The notes under the pieces are model-generated. The model saw only the letters and a list, made by a program, of their open reading frames with translations. It did not search any database and was not told the origin of the DNA. A program made the translations under genes and the position numbers. 64,000 nucleotides of DNA from Chamaesiphon sp. (GTDB lineage: Bacteria; Cyanobacteriota; Cyanobacteriia; Cyanobacteriales; Chamaesiphonaceae). Location of the stretch: NCBI GenBank assembly GCA_965246715.1, contig CBDFFH010000002.1, forward strand, positions 256,001 to 320,000. Reading direction: 5' to 3'. Position 1 is the stretch's first letter; every line of letters starts with the position of its first letter. Positions 1-9,870 of the stretch are shown in pieces.

Positions 1-620
1 TGGCATTGGGTTACAAGGGCGAATATATCAAGCGCTATTTTCTGGACTACTACACCCTCAATGGGAGTATGACGATCGATCTAGCATCAGGAGCCGTTCA
101 GCCACAAATCAAAGAATGTGAAGATTGGAAACTACATCTGCTAGATACCGGACTGCAAACTCATACTGGGGGAAGACTCAAGCGGTTAGAATCTTACCTC
201 AGCGGTGAAACTTTCATGATTACCTATGGGGATGGAGTGAGTAATATCGATCTTCAAAAGTTGCTGGAATTTCACAAGTCCCACGGCAAATGGGTAACGG
301 TTAGTGCGGTACGTCCGCCAGCGAGATTTGGGGGATTAGTTTTAGAAGGCGATTTAGTTACCAACTTCACGGAGAAACCCCAAGCTGGAGAGGGTTGGAT
401 TAATGGTGGATTTCTAGTGATGGAACCCCAGGTTTTTAAATACTTGACCAACGATAGTATGGGTTTGGAAATTGAGTTATTGGAACAGTTAGCAGTAGAC
501 GGACAGTTAGCTGCTTATCGTCACTATGATTTCTGGCAATGTATGGATACCCTTCGCGATAAATACAACTTAGAAAATTTCTGGCAAAGTGGCAAACCTC
601 CTTGGAAAGTTTGGGAATAA
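1..620 (+). CDS. rfbF: Glucose-1-phosphate cytidylyltransferase (5'-truncated by window edge)
   Basis: Motifs ALGYKG, DTGLQTHTGGRLKR, TYGDGVSNIDL, WINGGF, FWQCMDTLRD, PPWKVW; reading frame is open to the window edge. Confidence 0.92.
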   Translation, partial: ALGYKGEYIKRYFLDYYTLNGSMTIDLASGAVQPQIKECEDWKLHLLDTGLQTHTGGRLKRLESYLSGETFMITYGDGVSNIDLQKLLEFHKSHGKWVTVSAVRPPARFGGLVLEGDLVTNFTEKPQAGEGWINGGFLVMEPQVFKYLTNDSMGLEIELLEQLAVDGQLAAYRHYDFWQCMDTLRDKYNLENFWQSGKPPWKVWE

Positions 621-656
621 TAAGCAAGTGGGCTATTGCATGAGGGTGTCTGGGCA

Positions 657-1718
657 ATGAATTCAAGTAGTAGTTTTTGGAACGATCGACCGACATTAGT
701 AACTGGCGGTACTGGCTTGCTTGGTGGCTGGCTGGTAAAACGTTTATTGACGCTCGGTGCGAATGTGGTTTGTGTCATTCGGGACACCGTGCCACAGTCG
801 GAATTGATGCGTTCTGGGGCGATCGATCGAGTCAAAGTAGTACGTGGCGATGTCTGCGATCGCGTCTTCCTCGAACGGGTCTTGGGCGAGTATGAAATCG
901 ACACGGTGATGCATCTAGCCGCCCAGACAATCGTCGGTATTGCCAATCGGAACCCAATTTCGACTTTCGAGACTAATATCGCCGGAACCTGGCAGATGCT
1001 CGAAGCCTGTCGCCATAGTCCGACAGTGAAGCAAATTGTGATGGCTTCCTCGGATAAAGCCTATGGTGATTGTGAGACGCTCCCCTATGTCGAAACCACA
1101 CCTTTGCAAGGGTTACACCCCTACGATGTGAGTAAATCCTGTGCCGATCTGATCGCCCAAACCTATGGGCACACTTACAAATTACCCGTAGCAATTACCC
1201 GCTGTGGCAATTTCTATGGCGGTGGCGACTTAAATTGGAATCGCATTATTCCTGGGACGATTCGATCGATCCTGCGCAATGAAGCACCGATAATTCGTTC
1301 TGATGGTAGTTTTATCCGCGACTATATCTATGGCGAAGATGGTGCGGCAGCTTATATTTTATTAGCCGAGCACCTAGCCAGTAATTCCAGCTTGTACGGC
1401 CAAGCATTTAATTTCTCGAATGAGACACAAGTTACCGTTTTAGATTTAGTCGGACGAACGATTGAGTTAATGGACTCCGACTTACAGCCGATCGTCCAGA
1501 ATCAGGCAAGTAACGAAATTCAGCACCAATTTCTCGATGCAACTAAAGCCAAAGAAATCTTAGGCTGGATGCCTGAATTTACACTCGATCGTGGACTAGA
1601 AAAGACGATCGCTTGGTATCGGAACTTCCTCGACAGATCTACGGCTCGTTTGGAATATTCCGAAATGGAGCAATTACCATTGTCGAATATCCCAATGCAA
1701 CAAGTCATTCACAACTAA
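657..1718 (+). CDS. rfbG: CDP-glucose 4,6-dehydratase-like NAD-dependent epimerase/dehydratase
   Basis: TGGTGLLG Rossmann motif, HLAAQ, SSDKAY, YDVSK catalytic Yxxx[13 protein letters not shown]; follows rfbF. Confidence 0.85.
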   Translation: MNSSSSFWNDRPTLVTGGTGLLGGWLVKRLLTLGANVVCVIRDTVPQSELMRSGAIDRVKVVRGDVCDRVFLERVLGEYEIDTVMHLAAQTIVGIANRNPISTFETNIAGTWQMLEACRHSPTVKQIVMASSDKAYGDCETLPYVETTPLQGLHPYDVSKSCADLIAQTYGHTYKLPVAITRCGNFYGGGDLNWNRIIPGTIRSILRNEAPIIRSDGSFIRDYIYGEDGAAAYILLAEHLASNSSLYGQAFNFSNETQVTVLDLVGRTIELMDSDLQPIVQNQASNEIQHQFLDATKAKEILGWMPEFTLDRGLEKTIAWYRNFLDRSTARLEYSEMEQLPLSNIPMQQVIHN

Positions 1719-1758
1719 CAATATTCAATACCAAGCAAGATCTAATAATCTTGTATTC

Positions 1759-3003
1759 ATGAACATGAACCATCGCAACTGTCGTTTTTGTCAGCATCCG
1801 CTCCAGCATACATTTGTCGATCTTGGTGGATCGCCAATTTCTAATGATTTTTTAACAGCAGAACAACTCGATAAACCCGAGCAGTTTTATCCGCTTCATA
1901 CTTACGTCTGCGATCGCTGTTTTCTAGTTCAATTAGAATCTGTCGAGTCACCAGAACATATTTTTGGCGATGGTGATTATGCTTACTTTTCATCTTATTC
2001 TGATAGCTGGCTCAAGCATTGTCAGCAGTATACAGACTTAATGACCGAGCGATTCGGACTCGATGGCGATAGTCAAGTCATCGAAATTGCGAGTAACGAT
2101 GGATATTTATTACAGTATTTCCAACAGAAGAATATTTCAGTACTAGGCATCGAGCCAGCAAGTAATGTTGCTGCTGTCGCTGAATCCAAAGGCATTCCCA
2201 CACTAACTAAATTCTTTGGCGTGCAGACAGCACGGGAATTAGTCGATCGCGGTAAACAAGCGGATTTATTATTAGGTAATAATGTGCTCGCTCATGTCCC
2301 AGATCTCAATGATTTTGTGGCCGGGATGAAGCTATTATTAAAACCACATGGCATTATCACGATCGAGTTTCCGCACCTCCTCCAATTAATCGATCGTAAT
2401 CAGTTCGATACGATCTATCACGAACATTTCTCTTACTTCTCTTTTTTGGCAGTCGAGCAAGTATTTACTGCACATGGATTGACATTATTCGATGTCGAAG
2501 AACTTCCGACTCATGGCGGTTCGTTAAGAATTTACGGACGACATGTAGAATATCGGGATTTACCAATTGACGAGCGAGTAATTCAGTTAAAATCTAAAGA
2601 ATCTGCAGCTAGATTAGATAAAGTCGAGACCTATCTAAGTTTTGACAAACAGGTGCAAACTGTCAAACGTCAATTACTCCAATTTGCAATCGAGGCAAAA
2701 AATCAAGGTAAATCGATCGTCGCCTATGGTGCCCCAGCTAAAGGCAACACCTTATTAAATTATTGCGGGATTCGGACAGATTTTATCGACTATACAGTCG
2801 ATCGGAGTCCACACAAGCAAGGACTATTTTTACCAGGCACGCATATCCCAGTTTATCATCTCGATCGGATTGCCGAAACTAAGCCAGATTATCTCTTAAT
2901 CTTACCTTGGAACCTGCGATCGGAGATCGTCGAACAAATGGCTCATATTCGTGAATGGGGTGGTAAATTCGTCGTACCGATTCCTCAATTAGAAATTATC
3001 TAA
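1759..3003 (+). CDS. NDP-hexose C-methyltransferase (Zn-binding, class I SAM)
   Basis: CRFC...CDRC Zn motif, EIASNDGYLL, YHEHFSY, THGGSLR, YGAPAKGNTLLN, ILPWN. Confidence 0.88.
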   Translation: MNMNHRNCRFCQHPLQHTFVDLGGSPISNDFLTAEQLDKPEQFYPLHTYVCDRCFLVQLESVESPEHIFGDGDYAYFSSYSDSWLKHCQQYTDLMTERFGLDGDSQVIEIASNDGYLLQYFQQKNISVLGIEPASNVAAVAESKGIPTLTKFFGVQTARELVDRGKQADLLLGNNVLAHVPDLNDFVAGMKLLLKPHGIITIEFPHLLQLIDRNQFDTIYHEHFSYFSFLAVEQVFTAHGLTLFDVEELPTHGGSLRIYGRHVEYRDLPIDERVIQLKSKESAARLDKVETYLSFDKQVQTVKRQLLQFAIEAKNQGKSIVAYGAPAKGNTLLNYCGIRTDFIDYTVDRSPHKQGLFLPGTHIPVYHLDRIAETKPDYLLILPWNLRSEIVEQMAHIREWGGKFVVPIPQLEII

Positions 3004-3048
3004 AATTTAGGGTAGGGGCAATTCATACATTGTCCCTACCCTAAATTT
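3003..3048. repeat. GTAG-type REP-like palindrome, probable bidirectional terminator
   Basis: AAATTTAGGGTAGGGGCAAT-tcatac-ATTGTCCCTACCCTAAATTT between convergent genes; related copy at 28561-28605. Confidence 0.7.
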
Positions 3049-3067
3049 CATACGTACATTCAGCTAT

Positions 3068-4060
3068 TTAAACTACTGGAAAATGTCGGTCGATAAATAG
3101 TTCGACATCTTCAGACAAAATTAAATCTAAATTATTTTCAATTTTGTCTATTTCCCAATTCCACCATTTAATTGTTATTAATTTAGATATTGCTTCATCA
3201 CTAAATCTTTTTTTAAGTATCTTTGCTGGATTACCACCAACGATCGCGTAGGGTTCGACATTTTTGGTAACGACAGCATTAGCAGCAATAATCGCACCGT
3301 CGCCAATTGTGATTCCAGATAAAATTGTTGAATTGAGGCCGATCCAAACATCATTACCGATAATTACATCACCCTTAGTCATTTTTTCTGGATATCGAGC
3401 GCATCGTCCTTTAAATTCCTTAAATATTGCGCCAAATGGGAAGGAAGAAACCCAATCGATCGGATGATTACCACCTAGCAAAATAGTTACATTTTCGGCG
3501 ATCGAACAAAAGTCACCTATTCTCAAAGTCGAACCTTGATGCCAGTCTTTGACGATCGGGGCACCATAAGTATACTTACCGATTGAGTATTTAGTGTACC
3601 TAGAAAATTTTCTGGTATAAGGTAAACTAAACTTATATATTTGCTCTTTTTCTAGGATCGTCTCGGCGGCTTCTTGATGACAGTCGATCGCTTCGAGAGC
3701 ATTTATTAAAGCCTCATAATTTTCAGTAGTTCGATCTCCTAAATCGATTGATTGTCTGAACGCGTCGATCGCCTCTTCAAAATTTCTCGTTGCGAAATAT
3801 ATCTGTCCAGCAGTTTTATAAAACTCTGCTCGATCTGGATCGATGAAAATAGCTTGAGCGATCGAGTCGATCGCTAATTCATTGTTACCAGTCTGATGAT
3901 AGAGATATGCTAATAAATTGAAAGCTTGGCAATTATTGGGGTCTAGATCGATAACTTGCTGATATAGTGCTTCAGCTTCACAGATCTGTCCGAGATGATG
4001 AGCGGCTAATCCTTGCTCGATGAGATTGTCTATCGGTTGAATAGTCGAACTTGTTTTCAT
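3068..4060 (-). CDS. TPR + CatB/Vat-like hexapeptide O-acetyltransferase fusion
   Basis: N-terminal TPRs ([22 protein letters not shown]); C-terminal [40 protein letters not shown]. Confidence 0.85.
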   Translation of the reverse strand: MKTSSTIQPIDNLIEQGLAAHHLGQICEAEALYQQVIDLDPNNCQAFNLLAYLYHQTGNNELAIDSIAQAIFIDPDRAEFYKTAGQIYFATRNFEEAIDAFRQSIDLGDRTTENYEALINALEAIDCHQEAAETILEKEQIYKFSLPYTRKFSRYTKYSIGKYTYGAPIVKDWHQGSTLRIGDFCSIAENVTILLGGNHPIDWVSSFPFGAIFKEFKGRCARYPEKMTKGDVIIGNDVWIGLNSTILSGITIGDGAIIAANAVVTKNVEPYAIVGGNPAKILKKRFSDEAISKLITIKWWNWEIDKIENNLDLILSEDVELFIDRHFPVV

Positions 4061-4408
4061 GTTAGCGATAGTGATTACTAGCTCTATTTATAAGTTTCCC
4101 ACTTTCGGTGTATTAAAAACACTACAGCAGATCGATCTACAAATTGACCGGATTTTCTGGCCAGTAGTCTCCCCTATTTGTGCCGACATCGATCGGGTGC
4201 TGCTGAGAATTTTCGCAAGATTGGATACTGAGAATACATCTTGCGTACTTAATAATTTAGCTAAATCCAAATGAATGCAAAAAATCTTTACTAATATAAT
4301 GTTTCTTTTCATACCGAGCGGGGAACTATAACATGGAGATACGATCGAGTATCTGCATAAACTCTTTAGTCTTAGTCTTATCTACTTTTCCCTAGATCGA
4401 GGATTCCT

Positions 4409-5695
4409 ATGCCAGAAAACAGTCAACTCCTCGGTCAAGAGAAGATCGATCGAAACAATCGAGCAAACTTATTATCTATTGAGACAAGCACTGGGGTAGA
4501 TCTCTTTCCAGTACCCAATCTAAATGGGAGAACTTTCGACGTGGATAGCTCGATCGATCGTGAAACTAAACCGCGTATTTATTACACAAAACCTTCGATT
4601 ACTGAATTAGAAGTCACCTATGCTACCGACGCGGCGCGTAACGGTTGGGGAGATCGATGTTATGAGTACGTCAATCGCTTTGAAGAGGTATTCAAGGCTC
4701 ATCTGGGTGTGAAATATGCGCTGGCTACTTCAAGCTGCACGGGTGCCTTACACATGGGTATGGCGGCTCTGGGCATCGGATCTGGTGATGAAGTCATCCT
4801 AGCAGATACCAACTGGATTGCAACTGCTGCGCCGATCGTTCATTTGGGCGCAACGCCCGTATTTATCGATATTTTAGCTGATACTTGGTGTATCGATCCG
4901 GCATTAGTTGAAGCCGCAATCACGACCCGTACCAAAGCAATTATTGCTGTCCATTTGTATGGTAATTTGTGTGATATGGAGCGCCTACTTGCCATTGGCC
5001 AGAAGTATGGAATTCCAGTCATTGAAGATTCAGCAGAAGCAATTGGATCTATTTATCACGGTAGAAAAGCTGGGAGTATGGGCAAGTTTGGTAGTTTCTC
5101 TTTTCATGGTACTAAGACGATTACTACTGGCGAAGGGGGCATGTTCGTTACGAATGATGCAGATCTTTATGAAACTGTACTTACACTGTCTAACCATGGA
5201 CGTGCTAGAGGACAAACTAAACAGTTTTGGGCAGATACGATCGGATTTAAATATAAAATCTCTAATATTCAAGCCGCAATTGGCTGCGCCCAGATGGAAC
5301 GAATTGATGAGTTGATCGATCGAAAGCGTGAGATTCTCAAGTGCTATCGCGAACAGTTAAAATGCTTGCCTGGTATCTCAATTAACCCCGAATCATCCGG
5401 AACAGTCAATGGTGCGTGGATGCCTACCGCTGTTTTTAGTAAAGAAACAGGAATTAATCGCGATGATATTCAAGCTGCTTTGCGTTCTGAAAATATCGAT
5501 GCACGAGTGTTCTTTCATCCTTTGTCGAGCTTGCCAATGTTTGAGGATCGACAACTTAATATCAATGCTTGGGATATTCCCAATCGGGCAATCAATTTAC
5601 CAAGCTTCCACGATATGACCGATCGAGAGTTATCAATTATTGTAAATTTCATCACCAATAAATTCATAAAGTCGTGTAAATATTTAGATAATTAA
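4409..5695 (+). CDS. DegT/DnrJ/EryC1/StrS sugar aminotransferase (perosamine synthase-like)
   Basis: SSCTGALH, VHLYG, EDSAEA, FSFHGTKTITTGEGGM PLP lysine motif; start codon uncertain. Confidence 0.9.
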   Translation: MPENSQLLGQEKIDRNNRANLLSIETSTGVDLFPVPNLNGRTFDVDSSIDRETKPRIYYTKPSITELEVTYATDAARNGWGDRCYEYVNRFEEVFKAHLGVKYALATSSCTGALHMGMAALGIGSGDEVILADTNWIATAAPIVHLGATPVFIDILADTWCIDPALVEAAITTRTKAIIAVHLYGNLCDMERLLAIGQKYGIPVIEDSAEAIGSIYHGRKAGSMGKFGSFSFHGTKTITTGEGGMFVTNDADLYETVLTLSNHGRARGQTKQFWADTIGFKYKISNIQAAIGCAQMERIDELIDRKREILKCYREQLKCLPGISINPESSGTVNGAWMPTAVFSKETGINRDDIQAALRSENIDARVFFHPLSSLPMFEDRQLNINAWDIPNRAINLPSFHDMTDRELSIIVNFITNKFIKSCKYLDN

Positions 5696-5715
5696 AAAAT
5701 ATTCTTGATGTATGT

Positions 5716-6390
5716 ATGTTAGAAGCAACTAAATTAATTGAAGATATAGTGACTGAGAAAATACAAGTAAAAATACCCATTTTTAAACCTAACACAGAAG
5801 AAATTGGATTTTTATCTCCAATCACATTATCGATACTAAGCGATACAGATATTATTGACAAAATGACTAATTGGAGGAATAAAAACTCAGCTAGTTTTTT
5901 AACTAAATTTACTGCTACACCAGAACGTACAGAACGATGGTTGAAAACTTCGATCTTATCAAGCAAAAATAGATTAATCTTGTTAATTTATTTAAAGATT
6001 AAAACTGATACTTACTCGTGTGACAAACTTATTGGACATTTAGGATTTTTTGATTTAACTGATATCTCAGCAGAAGGTGATGCAATTATTAGAGGCGAAC
6101 ATGGGGGTGGTAGGGATTTTATTAAATATGCAGCCCTTGCTCAAATGAACTGGTTTTATACTCAATTTAGACCCCGAAGTTTAACATGTAGAATACTAAG
6201 TAACAATGAATCAGCTATAAACATGACACTTTCAATAGGCTATAAGATTGAGAAAGAAGTTAATGTCTATATTCATAATAACAACGGCGAACAAAATTTT
6301 AGAGAGTGGGGCGAAAAATCTCAGCTAGTACCAGATACTAAGCTAATATACCTTAAATCAGAAAATCCATATAATAATATTTCACTATGA
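5716..6390 (+). CDS. Probable GNAT-family N-acyltransferase
   Basis: TNWRN, LIGHLG, RILSNNESAINMTLSIGY resemble a RimJ/PseH-like GNAT; lies between aminotransferase and ACP. Confidence 0.6.
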   Translation: MLEATKLIEDIVTEKIQVKIPIFKPNTEEIGFLSPITLSILSDTDIIDKMTNWRNKNSASFLTKFTATPERTERWLKTSILSSKNRLILLIYLKIKTDTYSCDKLIGHLGFFDLTDISAEGDAIIRGEHGGGRDFIKYAALAQMNWFYTQFRPRSLTCRILSNNESAINMTLSIGYKIEKEVNVYIHNNNGEQNFREWGEKSQLVPDTKLIYLKSENPYNNISL

Positions 6391-6469
6391 TATTTTATAT
6401 CAATAACTGGGAATTATAAGTTTAGGAATAGAAAACGTATCATTTAATTTAATTAAACAGAGTAGCACT

Positions 6470-6703
6470 ATGAATAAGCAAGCTTTTTTATTAAGTATCC
6501 ATGAATTATTAGAGCTAGATCCCGGCACAGTAGATTTAGATAGTCAACTAGCAGGGATTGAAAGCTGGGATTCTCTAACTGTAGTAGGCTTCATCGCCTT
6601 GGTCGATGAAAAATTTGAGACTGTAGTTTCTGCTTCTAAAATAGACAAGTGTAATACAATAGGTGATTTAATTATGCTAATTGAAAATAAAATTGAAAAC
6701 TAA
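6470..6703 (+). CDS. Acyl carrier protein
   Basis: 77 aa, acidic, WDSL phosphopantetheine site, TIGDL. Confidence 0.88.
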   Translation: MNKQAFLLSIHELLELDPGTVDLDSQLAGIESWDSLTVVGFIALVDEKFETVVSASKIDKCNTIGDLIMLIENKIEN

Positions 6704-6850
6704 CTATAAATATAATCACGATTTTACAGATATTAACTCGATCCAACCACCCCATGATTATTCTAAATAATTTGAATAGGGATGAGTTAATTTTCTAAAT
6801 TAATTAGGAGTTATGCAAGAGAAATCAATTATTTAACAGAGGGAGGTCGA

Positions 6851-7921
6851 TTGGTGACAACAACTAAAATCAAGGATGTTCGTCTGGCAGGTATTGCCAG
6901 CGCAGTACCAGAAAAATTCATAACTAATGATTCTCTAAATCATATCTATGGTGTAGAGGAAATGGAAAAAATATCTGCTAGCACAGGTATCTATAAAAGA
7001 CACATAGCTCCCGCAGGAATGTGTGCGTCAGACCTATGTGTTGCAGCCAGCGAACGCCTCATTGAGGACTTACAATGGCAAAAGGACTCGATCGATGTAA
7101 TCATTTTTATTAGTCAATCTCCTGACTATATTGCACCAGCTACTGCTTGTACAATTCAACATAGACTGGGCTTGCCCAAAAATTGTGCAGCTTTTGATGT
7201 AAATCTGGGCTGTTCTGCCTATCCCTATGGACTATGGTTAGCAGCTAGCCTGATTGCTGGCAGTGGAGTTAATCGCGTTCTATTGATGGTTGGTGATATT
7301 ATGAGTGGAGCCGAAGCCCCTTACGCACCACGAGAGCGAGGAACCGCAGTTTTGTTTGGCGATGCAGGATCTGTTACCGCATTAGAAAGAGCTGAAAATG
7401 TACCGCCCATGACCTTTCAAATGGGTACAGATGGTGGTGGTAAAGACCATTTGATAGTTCGCAAAGGTGGATGGCGGAATCCTTATCCTCTTGGTAGTGA
7501 ATATGAAGGCGTTTATCTCCACATGGATGGGGCTGAAGTCTTCACCTTTACGCTGACTCAAATCCCCAAACTGGTAAAATCTATTTTAGTTGCAGCTAAT
7601 TGGTCAATTGAGGAAACTGACGCATTTGTTATGCACCAGGCTAATACTTTTATCCTGAAGCACTTAATGACCAAACTTAAAATTCCTTCTGAAAAAATGG
7701 TCATTGCGATGGAGGAATTTGGTAATACTAGCTGTGCGTCGATCCCTTTATCTTTGACCCATGCGCTCAAAAATAAGCTTCGTACCAGTAAGATGAATTT
7801 AGTCTTGACAGGTTTTGGTGTAGGCTTATCTTGGGCATCTGTCGCGCTTAACTGTGGTGAGATGGTGATGTCAGAATTAGTCTTAGTTGATGAGAGCAAT
7901 ATATACCAAGACATGGCTTGA
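6851..7921 (+). CDS. 3-oxoacyl-ACP synthase III (FabH-like)
   Basis: DVNLGCS, LFGDAG, HQAN, GNTSCASIP, GFGVGLSW. Confidence 0.9.
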   Translation: MVTTTKIKDVRLAGIASAVPEKFITNDSLNHIYGVEEMEKISASTGIYKRHIAPAGMCASDLCVAASERLIEDLQWQKDSIDVIIFISQSPDYIAPATACTIQHRLGLPKNCAAFDVNLGCSAYPYGLWLAASLIAGSGVNRVLLMVGDIMSGAEAPYAPRERGTAVLFGDAGSVTALERAENVPPMTFQMGTDGGGKDHLIVRKGGWRNPYPLGSEYEGVYLHMDGAEVFTFTLTQIPKLVKSILVAANWSIEETDAFVMHQANTFILKHLMTKLKIPSEKMVIAMEEFGNTSCASIPLSLTHALKNKLRTSKMNLVLTGFGVGLSWASVALNCGEMVMSELVLVDESNIYQDMA

Positions 7922-7926
7922 ATTGT

Positions 7927-8688
7927 ATGCCAATAAACCCTATGGATCTTACAGGCAGATCGATATTAGTTACGGGAGCTTCATCAGGAATTGGCCGGGA
8001 GACTTCGATTTTACTGAGTCAGTTAGGAGCTAAGGTTATTCTAGTGGGACGTAATATTGAAAGGTTAGAAAAAACACTTAGTTGTCTAGAGATTGGTAGT
8101 CATCAAATCGAAAGATTTGATTTGAGGCAGGTAGATGAAATTCCTATATGGCTGAAAGAAATAACTACTAAACTCGAACCGATAGATGGGCTAGTTCATA
8201 GTGCTGGTATAGCCCCTACAATGCCTATTCGTTTTACTACTGCAAAACATCTAAATAATACCCTAACAACAAATCTCAGCTCTAGCATATTTTTAGCCAA
8301 AGCTTTAAGGCAAAAAGGTTGTCACAAATTGCCAAGTAGTTTGGTTTTTCTTTCATCAGCTGCTGGCTTAGTTGGTATTGAATCTTTAGCAGAGTATTCT
8401 GCTACTAAGGGAGCACTGATCTCAATGGCCAGATCTTTGGCGGTAGAGCTAGTAAAAGATGGAATCAGGGTGAATTGTGTTGCACCTGGATTTGTAAAGT
8501 CTGAAATGTCAGAGCAATATCAAGAAATTTCCTCACCTGAGAGGTTTGCCAAAATGGAAGCTTCTCATTTATTAGGCATGGGTACAACGAGAGATATAGC
8601 TCATGCTATTGCCTTTTTATTAGCAGATACAGGCAAATGGATTACCGGAACAACTCTATCTGTAGATGGAGGCTGTACAGCAATTTAA
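7927..8688 (+). CDS. SDR oxidoreductase (FabG-like ketoacyl reductase)
   Basis: TGASSGIG, YSATK, RVNCVAPG, ITGTTLSVDGG. Confidence 0.9.
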   Translation: MPINPMDLTGRSILVTGASSGIGRETSILLSQLGAKVILVGRNIERLEKTLSCLEIGSHQIERFDLRQVDEIPIWLKEITTKLEPIDGLVHSAGIAPTMPIRFTTAKHLNNTLTTNLSSSIFLAKALRQKGCHKLPSSLVFLSSAAGLVGIESLAEYSATKGALISMARSLAVELVKDGIRVNCVAPGFVKSEMSEQYQEISSPERFAKMEASHLLGMGTTRDIAHAIAFLLADTGKWITGTTLSVDGGCTAI

Positions 8689-8718
8689 TGATATCTAATT
8701 ATCTCAACGTTATAGTTT

Positions 8719-9819
8719 ATGCACCCATTAATTAGTACTAAATACTATTTAAATTCAGATATATTTCAACAAGAAAAAAGTTTTTTGTTTCAAAATACAT
8801 GGACTTTTGCTGGACTAACTAGTGAAGTAAGTAAGCACAATGACTATTTACAAATCAATCTAGGAAATCAATCTGTAGTTATTCATAATTTTAGTGGTGA
8901 GTTGAAAGCATTCGATAATATTTGTACTCATAGATTTTGTCAAATTCATACAGACATTAAAGGTAATCGACCTTTACAATGCCCATATCATGGCTGGGCT
9001 TTCGATCGGTCAGGAGTTCCTGTCGGTATTCCCGATTCTGGGAGCTTTGATTGCCTAGATTCACAAGTAAGATATAATTTGAAGTTAAAAAACTGGCTTT
9101 TAGCAACTTGTGGATCGTTTATTTTTATTAAACAATCTGATGATGGAATTAGTCTGGAAAATTACCTAGGCGAAGCCCTTTCACAAATACTAATATTCTC
9201 TAATGCGATAGGAAACCAAATTTTTGACGATCGAATAACTGTTAATGCTAATTGGAAGATAGTCGTTGAGAATACATTGGAAGGCTATCATGTAAATTCT
9301 GTACATTCAGATACTTTTGGTAAATTTAGTATTGAAAATCCAAAATTTACACACCAAAAATATCATTCATCTTATCGAAGTACCTCTACTGATATTGATA
9401 AAAAGTGGCGACGTATTAAAAGGTTATTTGTAGATCGAGAGATCGGTGAAGACTTTTATAACCATCAACTGATATTTCCAAATCTTAACTTTGCATTTAG
9501 TCAAGGCATTTCATTTTTTATTCAAATAATTAGACCAGTTAGTATAGAACAAACTCAGGTTATAAATTATGTATTTATTGCTAATTTGAATCGAGTCTTG
9601 TCTCAAGTAGAAGAAGAAATCGTATCAGTTTTTAGCAACTCAATTGGTAAATTTTACGAGCAAGTTTTCCTAGAAGATAAGCAAATTTGCGAACAGATTC
9701 AACGAGGTATTAGTTCAATTAATGCATACGATTTTAAGAACTATAAAGGTATTTTAAGTAGCCATGAACAAAGAATATATACATTTCATCAGGCATATAT
9801 CGACCTGATGAAATCTTAA
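8719..9819 (+). CDS. Rieske non-heme iron oxygenase alpha subunit
   Basis: CTHR...CPYHGW Rieske motif; NWKIVVENTLEGYHVNSVH and ED iron ligands. Confidence 0.9.
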   Translation: MHPLISTKYYLNSDIFQQEKSFLFQNTWTFAGLTSEVSKHNDYLQINLGNQSVVIHNFSGELKAFDNICTHRFCQIHTDIKGNRPLQCPYHGWAFDRSGVPVGIPDSGSFDCLDSQVRYNLKLKNWLLATCGSFIFIKQSDDGISLENYLGEALSQILIFSNAIGNQIFDDRITVNANWKIVVENTLEGYHVNSVHSDTFGKFSIENPKFTHQKYHSSYRSTSTDIDKKWRRIKRLFVDREIGEDFYNHQLIFPNLNFAFSQGISFFIQIIRPVSIEQTQVINYVFIANLNRVLSQVEEEIVSVFSNSIGKFYEQVFLEDKQICEQIQRGISSINAYDFKNYKGILSSHEQRIYTFHQAYIDLMKS

Positions 9820-9870
9820 TTTAAAACAGCTCGTAAAATACCATTATTTACATCGTAAAAATAAAATATT

